Positions 10,400 to 18,271 of a stretch of 64,000 nucleotides of DNA are shown piece by piece. Both the position numbers and the translations under genes were made by a program. Below the pieces are notes generated by a model. That model did no database searches, had not been told where the DNA came from, and saw nothing but the letters and a program-made list of their open reading frames with translations. This DNA comes from Patescibacteria group bacterium. GTDB taxonomy: Bacteria > Patescibacteriota > Microgenomatia > UBA10105 > UBA927. Each line of letters begins with the position of its first letter. Positions within the stretch are counted from its first letter, which is position 1. Location: positions 784 to 64,783 of the forward strand of contig JBMOPU010000033.1 in assembly GCA_049322955.1 (NCBI GenBank). Direction: 5' to 3'.

Positions 10400-11140
10400 A
10401 TGCGATTTGCCGACCCGTATGCCTTAAAAATCAAGCCGACCCGCGAAACCGTTATTTTTGCCGCAAGTCAGCATATCGGGACAAAGCCGGTGCAGTGTGA
10501 TTATTTTTTAAATTTTAACGACGAATGCTTCGTATTAGCCGACGGTCTCGATACCCTGCCGCATAGCGCGGTCGCCGCAAAATTTGCCTGTGAAACAGCC
10601 ATATGGGCATATAAGCATATACGGCAACACCGGTATTACTGGATGGATAAGAAATTGTTTATGCGTAGAATTTTCCGTTCGACGAATCTCGCGGTTTGGC
10701 AAAAAAGAAAAGAAGCCGGATATGAGGCGGGTATGGCCACAACGCTCACGGTACTTCTGGTCGGAGCAAGACATTATTGGTTGGGGTCCGCAGGACCGAC
10801 GGGCGCGTGGCATATTCGCGGAAGCACATTTACCAAGCTGACGCCCGATATCGACACGCTCCGTCCGATTGAACAGCAACAGTATCTCGGTACGCAACGT
10901 CTCGGATTGGTTCCCTCATATAAAACCGCAACGTTCGAAGAAGGGGAGGCGATCATCCTTGCCTCATCCGGTTGCGGCAACTATCTTACTCCCATGGATA
11001 TTTCCACTGCGGCCGCCATGTCGGGAAGATCTGTCGATGATGCAACATCGGCCGTTATGGCGTTGGTGCAGGCGTCGGGGCAAAACGGGTCGACCGAAAA
11101 TCAAACAGGCGTGCTGGTCAAGCGACTCGAGCGGGCGTAA
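10400..11140 (+). CDS. PP2C/PPM-fold protein with degenerate metal-binding motifs
   Basis: VLADG and GMATTLTV retained; SDG appears as SSG and DN as EN. Confidence 0.7.
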   Translation: MRFADPYALKIKPTRETVIFAASQHIGTKPVQCDYFLNFNDECFVLADGLDTLPHSAVAAKFACETAIWAYKHIRQHRYYWMDKKLFMRRIFRSTNLAVWQKRKEAGYEAGMATTLTVLLVGARHYWLGSAGPTGAWHIRGSTFTKLTPDIDTLRPIEQQQYLGTQRLGLVPSYKTATFEEGEAIILASSGCGNYLTPMDISTAAAMSGRSVDDATSAVMALVQASGQNGSTENQTGVLVKRLERA

Positions 11141-11144
11141 TACC

Positions 11145-11453
11145 ATGGAAGAAACACTCAAGAACCTTATCCGACGGATAGAATCCGCGGCAATACCCGA
11201 AAGCGATAAGATACATTTGTATCTTGAAATCCGCTACGCCCTGCAGGCGGCGGTAACGCCGGTTATCGTGTCGCATCTTCCGAAAGAACAAGTGCAGGCA
11301 CTGGTAAAAAATCTTTCCTCGGTGACGCTTGACGGGTATATTACCCTGCTATCCACCGCAATACACAAAGAAGGCGTACTGGAAGAAATCGAAGAGTCTA
11401 TGCGGGAAGTCTTGGACGAAATCGGAAAGGCACTTACCGAATCAGGCGTATAA
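11145..11453 (+). CDS. hypothetical helical protein
   Basis: ATG 4 nt after the upstream stop; 102 aa, amphipathic helices. Confidence 0.6.
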   Translation: MEETLKNLIRRIESAAIPESDKIHLYLEIRYALQAAVTPVIVSHLPKEQVQALVKNLSSVTLDGYITLLSTAIHKEGVLEEIEESMREVLDEIGKALTESGV

Positions 11454-11466
11454 TGGGGGAATCCGT

Positions 11467-11955
11467 ATGACAGAAACACTGGTATCCGAAGAAGAAAAAG
11501 CGGCAAAAGGCACGGAAATCCGAAAAAAAGTGACGGAACGGATTCGCACATGGGTTCGCGAAAAATCTCAAGGCATTGAGCAGGCCGACCGTCATGCATT
11601 TGCCGCCGTCAAGAAACAGGCGGTTGAAGGACAGTCGCAAAAAAATATCGCCGCCAGGATAAAATCGGCGCTTGAAAGCGGGGGAGCGGCGGTCAAGGAC
11701 GAAGCGTCGAAAACGAAAAAGAAAATGCTTGTAAAGACATTGGGGATTGTCGCATCCATCGGGGCGTTTATCGATCCCGAACCGGTATCAAAAGCGGCGC
11801 TTGCCGCTACGGCAACCGGTATCGGGGTTGCGGAAAAAGCCTCGGAGCTCAAGGCGATGAAAGACGCGCATGATAGCAAAATAGCCGGAGGGAACGAAAA
11901 GATGCAAGCAAATATTGCGGAACGAATTCTCAGCGTCGGGAACCCCGCGGCGTAA
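11467..11955 (+). CDS. hypothetical Ala/Lys-rich protein with hydrophobic hairpin
   Basis: ORF fills the gap; LGIVASIGAFIDPEPVSKAALAA hairpin. Confidence 0.6.
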   Translation: MTETLVSEEEKAAKGTEIRKKVTERIRTWVREKSQGIEQADRHAFAAVKKQAVEGQSQKNIAARIKSALESGGAAVKDEASKTKKKMLVKTLGIVASIGAFIDPEPVSKAALAATATGIGVAEKASELKAMKDAHDSKIAGGNEKMQANIAERILSVGNPAA

Positions 11956-11998
11956 GCACACCCTTGGTTTCTTTCCCGTTGCCCTCTATACTGTATGT

Positions 11999-13483
11999 AT
12001 GCCTGCCGATTTTTTTGCCGACATAAGCGATAAGGGAACGCCTCCCAACTTTTTCTTTTTTGACGGGACCACCTGGCAAGGCAGTACCACGGGAAAAACA
12101 GTCTCCGTCATTTCTCCGATTGATAACACGCTTGTCGGAACCCTTCCGATGGTTTCTCATGAGGAAATTGACCGTGTGCTTGCGACCGCAAAGCTCGCCC
12201 AACCGTTATGGGAGGCTGTACCGCTTAATAAGCGCGTTGGCATCATGCACCTTGCGGCAGACTGGATACGCCACCTCCAGGATTATCTTATCGCGTTGCT
12301 CATCCGCGAGGTCGGAAAATCCGCCGATGAGGCAAAAGGGGAAATAGTACGAACCGCCGATCTTATTGATTATTTCGCCGATGAGGCACAGTCCATGCGG
12401 GGGATGACGCTTGATAGTGATAATTTCCCGGGTTTTGAAAAGGGAAGAATTGCCGTCATTGAGCGGGTTCCGTACGGAACCGTGCTTGCCATTGCGCCGT
12501 TTAATTATCCCGTGAATCTTACCGCCAGTAAAATCGCGCCGGCACTTCTTATGGGAAACAGCGTTGTCGTAAAGCCTCCTACCCAAGGAGGGATATCGGC
12601 AACGCACCTTGTTCGGATTTTCGAAAAAGCGGGAGTTCCCGCGGGAGTAATTACCACTCTTACCGGTACCGGAGAAGTGATCGGTGAGTATCTCGTTCCC
12701 CACAAGGATGTGTCGATGGTCGCTTTTACCGGCAATTCCGATACCGGAATAGGAATAGCGGGAAAAGCCGCCATGAAGCCATTACTTTTTGAATGCGGCG
12801 GCAATAACCCCGTCGTCGTGATGCCTGATGCGGATTTTGCGGTTACGGTTCGCGAAATTATCAAAGGGGCATTTGCCTATAGCGGACAGCGGTGCACGGG
12901 GATTAAGTATGTGCTTACCACCCCCGCTATCCGTGAGCAGTTGGTACGTATGCTTTTGAAGACGCTTCCCGAAATGGTGCATCCGGGAGATCCGCGCAGT
13001 CCGGAAACCAAGCTCGTCGGCCCCGTTATTTCCGAAGCCGCCGCCATACGCATTGAAGAGGCCATAACAACGTCGGTGAAAAACGGCGCAAAACTTGTCT
13101 GCGGCGGCAAACGAACCAACGCCATGATTGAACCGACGGTGCTTACGGGGGTTATCCCCAGCATGCCGATTATCGCAAAAGAAACATTCGGACCGGTGGT
13201 GTCGTTTGTGGATGTTTCGTCATTTGACGAGGCGGTGACCATTATCAACAACTCCTCATATGGGTTGCAGGCAAGTATATTCACCAAAGACGAAGGAACA
13301 GGGCTGGTATTTGCCAAAAGATTAAACGTCGGATCGGTACAGATAAACGGGAGTCCCCAACGGGGGCCGGATCATTTCCCGTTCCTCGGCGTGAAGCACT
13401 CCGGCGTGGGAGTGCAGGGAGTGCGATACAGCCTTGAAGCCGTGAGCAGACTCCGCCCCGTCGTGCTTAATAAACCGCAATAA
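11999..13483 (+). CDS. gapN: aldehyde dehydrogenase, probable NADP-dependent non-phosphorylating glyceraldehyde-3-phosphate dehydrogenase
   Basis: PFNYPVNL, KPPTQG, YSGQRCT, ETFGP and QRGPDHFPFLG, characteristic of GapN. Confidence 0.85.
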   Translation: MPADFFADISDKGTPPNFFFFDGTTWQGSTTGKTVSVISPIDNTLVGTLPMVSHEEIDRVLATAKLAQPLWEAVPLNKRVGIMHLAADWIRHLQDYLIALLIREVGKSADEAKGEIVRTADLIDYFADEAQSMRGMTLDSDNFPGFEKGRIAVIERVPYGTVLAIAPFNYPVNLTASKIAPALLMGNSVVVKPPTQGGISATHLVRIFEKAGVPAGVITTLTGTGEVIGEYLVPHKDVSMVAFTGNSDTGIGIAGKAAMKPLLFECGGNNPVVVMPDADFAVTVREIIKGAFAYSGQRCTGIKYVLTTPAIREQLVRMLLKTLPEMVHPGDPRSPETKLVGPVISEAAAIRIEEAITTSVKNGAKLVCGGKRTNAMIEPTVLTGVIPSMPIIAKETFGPVVSFVDVSSFDEAVTIINNSSYGLQASIFTKDEGTGLVFAKRLNVGSVQINGSPQRGPDHFPFLGVKHSGVGVQGVRYSLEAVSRLRPVVLNKPQ

Positions 13484-13542
13484 CCCCCTCGTCTTGACAT
13501 CCCCAGACAAACGATACACACTGGATGGTAAGGAGCATTTAT

Positions 13543-14976
13543 ATGGCAAAAAAAGTTGTTGCACCAAAATCGAATCTTGTTTCCGTTGTTTCGTTTGTTA
13601 CCTTACTTTTGATTCTTGTTTCCGTATTTGTGATGAGCGGCAGTTTTGCCGATTTTGTGACCACCGTGACGAAAACGAAAGCCTCACGGGCAAATCCCAA
13701 AGTGAGCGAATCGTTTGTTGACGCATTCAATGACGGCAAGATCAATGAGGAGAAATGGTCGGTAGGAAAAACCGACGGAGCAAACGTCATTGAAACTGCC
13801 AAAGACAACCTTCGCTTCGATATTTCCGAGGGCAACGTCGGCGGCAAAGTGAAGGGTGCGTCGCTCACGTTCAAAGAGTTGTTCAAAGACAGCGGAGATT
13901 TTCGTGCCTATGCCGTTGTGTATAAACCCACGGTGACGGGAGAGGGAACGGGTGTTACCGCGTTGCGGTTTTCGTCAAAGGGAACCGATGATGATGAGGC
14001 GGCGGTGGTACGATGGCAGGTAAGTAGTTCAAACAGTAAGGTCATGTTCTTCGTCAACGGTCCCAACGGCACCCGAATTGAAACGGAGCAAAAAGATGTC
14101 AACAGTAATATCGCGATTCTTCGGCTTGACCGGATAAATAAGAAGTATCGCGCGTTTTATAAGCTGGGGGCGGATGCTACGGGCGATGCGGGGTGGATTC
14201 CTCTCGGTAGCGAGCAGGCGATATCGCTCGGTAACGAAGGGAGAATTTCGCTGCGTTCGAACAACACGGGAGCAAACGGGAAATTCCCGAAGGTTGTCGG
14301 AAGAATCGATCAAATCAACATCGCTTGGGAAGGCGAACCGTCAACAAGAAATGGTTTCTCCGACGCATTTGCCGACGGCAATCTCGGAAAGCAATGGAAG
14401 GTCACCCGCTCCGACGGGGCGCAGGTGTATGAAAATAAAAATGATAATCTGATCATGTCTCTTCCGACGGGTCCCATCCAAAACAAAGGAAGATATGCGG
14501 TGGTTACCCGGACGCAACCGGTAATACCCGAAGGAAAAGAATTTGCGTTGCAGACCCGCATGTTCAAGCCGGTTGTCGTTGGAGAAGGCAGTGGCTATGC
14601 GGGTATCCGGTTTGTCTCGGGAGGAAAAGCCGACGATGAAGCGGCATCGCTCCGATGGGTAGTAGGAAAGGATATAAGTCGCATGGTATTCGTGGTGAGA
14701 AGTCCCGACGGCACGCTCGCGGAAAAGGCGACGGTGAATGTACCCGTGACGCTGAAAGCCGCGACACTGCGTCTTACCCGCGTAGGAAATTCGTATCGGG
14801 GATGGTACCGCACGGGAGATGCCGATACCGATTGGGTGGCGATAGGGAGTGAAACGAGCGCAAACTTCGGTGCGAACGGGACGGTTGCTCTAATGGTCAG
14901 CAATGCAAACACGCCGAATAAATATCCGCGTGTCGTGGGGCGATTTGACCAGGCAAGCGGGTCAGTCGAGAAGTAA
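13543..14976 (+). CDS. membrane-anchored protein with two tandem beta-sandwich (ConA/lectin-like) domains
   Basis: N-terminal TM; internal duplication (FVDAFNDG/FSDAFADG ... KFPKVVGRIDQ/KYPRVVGRFDQ). Confidence 0.65.
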   Translation: MAKKVVAPKSNLVSVVSFVTLLLILVSVFVMSGSFADFVTTVTKTKASRANPKVSESFVDAFNDGKINEEKWSVGKTDGANVIETAKDNLRFDISEGNVGGKVKGASLTFKELFKDSGDFRAYAVVYKPTVTGEGTGVTALRFSSKGTDDDEAAVVRWQVSSSNSKVMFFVNGPNGTRIETEQKDVNSNIAILRLDRINKKYRAFYKLGADATGDAGWIPLGSEQAISLGNEGRISLRSNNTGANGKFPKVVGRIDQINIAWEGEPSTRNGFSDAFADGNLGKQWKVTRSDGAQVYENKNDNLIMSLPTGPIQNKGRYAVVTRTQPVIPEGKEFALQTRMFKPVVVGEGSGYAGIRFVSGGKADDEAASLRWVVGKDISRMVFVVRSPDGTLAEKATVNVPVTLKAATLRLTRVGNSYRGWYRTGDADTDWVAIGSETSANFGANGTVALMVSNANTPNKYPRVVGRFDQASGSVEK

Positions 14977-15004
14977 CGACTCGTGTTACGGCATTCGGAG
15001 ATAC

Positions 15005-15592
15005 TTATATTCTCTGTGAGAGATGGTGTCTTCGTACGAACTTGATTTGCTCGGCGCTATAGCCCAATTGTTCCAAAAACGTCTGGATCTCCGCTTTTGT
15101 TTTTCCTTCCCGTTCCATCTTTCGGGTAAAGGTATATACCCACTCCGTCACCTCAAACGGCTGGAGTATCCATTGCGTCGTCTGCTTGGCAAAATAATCG
15201 GGTCGTACGGACGAATGGGGCTTATAAAACAACGTCGCGGTGGTAATCGTTTTCGGATCGAATTCCTTAAGATACGAGACCGCCCGTTTGAGCGTCGTCC
15301 CGGTGTCGGCGATGTCATCCACCAAAAGCACGCGTTTATTGTCTATCCGTTCGGACAATGCGCCGGTAATTTTGACCTCTCCCTGTTGCTGAATATCGGT
15401 ATAGCTTTGAATCGTGATGGAACTTATGGGTATCCGTAAAAAATCCGAAAGCAGATGTCCGAACGTGAGACCGCCCCGTCCGATGGCGACGATACAGTCA
15501 AACGGCGCTTCGTGCACAAGGATTGCGGCGGCAATTTTTTGCGAAAGGGAGTGGTATTCTTTCCAGCTAATGGAGAGGTAGCGAATGCGCAT
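15005..15592 (-). CDS. type I phosphoribosyltransferase (purine salvage, HGPRT/XGPRT-like)
   Basis: IGRGG loop and PRPP-binding VLLVDDIADTGTT. Confidence 0.9.
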   Translation of the reverse strand: MRIRYLSISWKEYHSLSQKIAAAILVHEAPFDCIVAIGRGGLTFGHLLSDFLRIPISSITIQSYTDIQQQGEVKITGALSERIDNKRVLLVDDIADTGTTLKRAVSYLKEFDPKTITTATLFYKPHSSVRPDYFAKQTTQWILQPFEVTEWVYTFTRKMEREGKTKAEIQTFLEQLGYSAEQIKFVRRHHLSQRI

Positions 15593-15653
15593 ACGATAGT
15601 ATTAAATTTAGCGCACGTCTTTGTCAACAAGATCGATCGGATACGGGATACCC

Positions 15654-15681
15654 TTGACTGTGTTTATTTGGATTCTATAAT
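15654..15681 (+). promoter_or_regulatory. sigma70 promoter, leaderless transcript
   Basis: TTGACT-N16-TATAAT, ATG 6 nt downstream. Confidence 0.7.
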
Positions 15682-15687
15682 ACGTGT

Positions 15688-16302
15688 ATGGATACCCCCA
15701 ACACGGCGACAGGACTCAAATATTCAAGCGTCGCGATATCCGGCCGCCCCGGTGCCGGGCGAAGCACTTTGCTGAAAAATCTCCGTCCTCACCTTGAACC
15801 GCTCGGGTTTGAATTTTTCTCGGGAGGAGATTGGTCCCGACAATATGCCATAAAAATGGGCACCCATGATCCCAACGACGCGAAACACCATTTGGCGACG
15901 GATTACGGAGACGATATAGACTATCAGATAGATCAGGCATTACGGGAGAAAATCTCCCACCCGGAAAATCACATGGCGGTGGAAAGCTGGATCGCGGGAT
16001 GGAACGCCAGAGGATACTCCCATGTGTTAAAGGTGCTTCTTATGTGCGACGATTCTCTGCGCATTGATCGGATCGTCAACCGCGACAACGCAACCGTAGA
16101 AGATGCAAAAAACCATTTGCGGGAACGGGAAGATGCTAACATCGGGAAATGGAAGCGTTTATACGGAGTCAACGATTTTTGGGATCCCCGGCATTATGAT
16201 CTTGTCATTAACACATATTCCCATGGTCCGGGTCAGACGCTCGATGTGGTGTTGCAGGCGCTGGGATACTTTCGGGTCAACGGCCAGCCCAAAGCGGTCT
16301 AA
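15688..16302 (+). CDS. cmk: cytidylate kinase-like protein (archaeal-type Cmk)
   Basis: ISGRPGAGRST P-loop variant; RIVNRD and YDLVINT motifs. Confidence 0.7.
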   Translation: MDTPNTATGLKYSSVAISGRPGAGRSTLLKNLRPHLEPLGFEFFSGGDWSRQYAIKMGTHDPNDAKHHLATDYGDDIDYQIDQALREKISHPENHMAVESWIAGWNARGYSHVLKVLLMCDDSLRIDRIVNRDNATVEDAKNHLREREDANIGKWKRLYGVNDFWDPRHYDLVINTYSHGPGQTLDVVLQALGYFRVNGQPKAV

Positions 16303-16368
16303 AAATCTCACGAATACATTTTGTATTCTTTTTTATTTACTCATATCATTGTGACGGTTGATTATTAA

Positions 16369-16965
16369 ATGTTCTTTGCCAAAAAAATGATTCCGACCGG
16401 TCAGCAAATAGAGGAATTGTGGAATACCTACGGCCTTCCGGAGCGAAAGCGTCATCATTGTAAGCTGGTTGCCGGGGTCGCCGTTTTTTTTGCCGGGCGA
16501 CTTGCGAATACCCCGGACACCCCTCCCGTGAACATACCGCTTCTTGCGGCGGCGGCGCTCCTTCACGATCTTGATAAAATGGCGCCGAAACGCGAAGGCG
16601 AACACCATCCGGATACGGGCGTACGGATCCTTCGTGAACACGGTTTTTCTGCCGTTGCCGACCTGGTCAGAACACATCCCGTCCATGCGATACTTGATCA
16701 AAGTATCGCACCGAAAACGCGCGAGCAGGAACTGTTATATCTTGCCGATAAAATGGTGAAAGATACGGTTATTACCGTGGATAAACGGTTTGCCTTATGG
16801 CAGGAAGAAAACCTCCCCGAGGAGGCACAGCGTATGCTTGCCTCTGCATACCCCCTGGCAAAAGCATTGGAAAGAAAAGTATGTGAGGCAATCGGAATCG
16901 CCCCTGAAGATCTCGTCCGCCTTGCCAACGCAATGGAAACGAGTACAATGGACGTACTGCGTTAA
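16369..16965 (+). CDS. HD-domain phosphohydrolase
   Basis: HHC...ALLHDLDK...HH...H...YLADK. Confidence 0.88.
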   Translation: MFFAKKMIPTGQQIEELWNTYGLPERKRHHCKLVAGVAVFFAGRLANTPDTPPVNIPLLAAAALLHDLDKMAPKREGEHHPDTGVRILREHGFSAVADLVRTHPVHAILDQSIAPKTREQELLYLADKMVKDTVITVDKRFALWQEENLPEEAQRMLASAYPLAKALERKVCEAIGIAPEDLVRLANAMETSTMDVLR

Positions 16966-16978
16966 GAAGGAGGATGCT

Positions 16979-17515
16979 ATGAAGAAAATACTTTTTGCAC
17001 TCTGTCTGTTCTTTGCTCTGCCGTTCTTGTCGAGTGAGGCCGCCTTTGCTCTTGCTCCACGCATCACGGATATCCCTAAACCGTCGGTGACCCCCACGCC
17101 GGGACCGGTGGAATATACGCTTCCGTACCCCGGGATTCTCCCGACGCATCCTCTCTATATGATCAAGTTATTGCGGGACCGAATTATCGAGATGCTCATT
17201 ACCGATCCGTTGAGTAAATCGGAATTTTATATCCTTCAGGCGGACAAAAAGCTCAATATGGCCATAAGCCTGACGAGTGCCAAGAAAACAAAAGAAGCCG
17301 GTGAGGCGTTGAGCGAATCGCTTTCGGCACGGGAGCAGGCATTGACGCTTCTTGGCAATTACAAGAAGTCGGGCAGTACCATCCCCGGGCATCTTTCCGA
17401 AAAGTTTTTTCTGTCTTTGGAAAAACACAACGAGGTGCTCCGTGATTTGGGCAACTCGCCTGATGCGCTCATCTCCCTAAAAACCAAAGCGGAAAAATCG
17501 CTCCGCACCGAGTGA
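16979..17515 (+). CDS. secreted DUF5667-like protein
   Basis: Signal peptide; YTLPYPGILPTHPLYMIK motif; GGAGG SD. Confidence 0.65.
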   Translation: MKKILFALCLFFALPFLSSEAAFALAPRITDIPKPSVTPTPGPVEYTLPYPGILPTHPLYMIKLLRDRIIEMLITDPLSKSEFYILQADKKLNMAISLTSAKKTKEAGEALSESLSAREQALTLLGNYKKSGSTIPGHLSEKFFLSLEKHNEVLRDLGNSPDALISLKTKAEKSLRTE

Positions 17516-17715
17516 TGAAAGGTATACGTATATAGGTATATAGCCCGTCAGAAAAAACCGGAACCGCATGCTAAGTTGAGTACAGAGCGCATCCTTTTGC
17601 ACAGACGGACACAAAAAACATCGGCGTTTTTCCGTTTTTCACCGTACTTTTCCCTCAAAAAATTTTCACGAGGCTAAAAAAATTGCCTGGGTATCTTTGA
17701 TATAGAAGTTGCCAG

Positions 17716-17768
17716 TTGACGGTCCACTATTAGTGTTTTAGGATTTCTGAGCACACCACACTTAGTGT
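17716..17768 (+). promoter_or_regulatory. nrd promoter with tandem NrdR boxes
   Basis: TTGACG-N17-TAGGAT; boxes ggtcCActatTaGtgt (17721-17736) and acacCAcactTaGtgt (17753-17768), 32 bp apart, resembling the acaCwAtATaTwGtgt consensus. Confidence 0.8.
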
Positions 17769-17813
17769 TTAAAGGTTTCACGACATACTGTTCCAAAAGA
17801 GGAGAAGAGAGCC

Positions 17814-18269
17814 ATGAAATGTCCCTATTGTACCAACAGCGACACTGAGGTTATTGAAACGAGAGATAGTGAAGATCTTGCGGTAACGAGACGAAGACGA
17901 GGGTGCAGTAAATGCGGCAAGCGATTTACCACCTATGAGCGGATAGAGACGGTGCCATTGACCGTCATCAAAAAAGATAACAGGAGAGAGCCGTTTGATC
18001 GGGAGAAATTAGAAAGAGGTATCTGGCGGGCAAGCGGTAAGACGACACTCAAGGGAAGCGACATACGACGAATCGTGGACGAGGTAGAGCGGGAACTCAT
18101 CGGAGGTATCACCACGGAATTGACGAGCAAAAGAATCGGGGAATTGGTGGCAAAGCGATTGAAGAAACTCGATAAGATAGCATATATTCGCTTCGCCAGC
18201 GTATTTAAGCAATTTGTTGATCTTGACGAATTTGAAGGAGAGTTAAAAAAACTTATCAAAAAGAAATAA
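17814..18269 (+). CDS. nrdR: transcriptional repressor NrdR
   Basis: MKCPYC zinc ribbon, RRRR.C..C..RFTTYE, ATP cone, AYIRFASV. Confidence 0.97.
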   Translation: MKCPYCTNSDTEVIETRDSEDLAVTRRRRGCSKCGKRFTTYERIETVPLTVIKKDNRREPFDREKLERGIWRASGKTTLKGSDIRRIVDEVERELIGGITTELTSKRIGELVAKRLKKLDKIAYIRFASVFKQFVDLDEFEGELKKLIKKK

Positions 18270-18271
18270 CT

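Noticed and set aside
17516-17715. ncRNA in the long spacer before nrdR
   Set aside because: Only A/T tracts and weak pairing; no recognisable motif beyond the promoter and NrdR boxes
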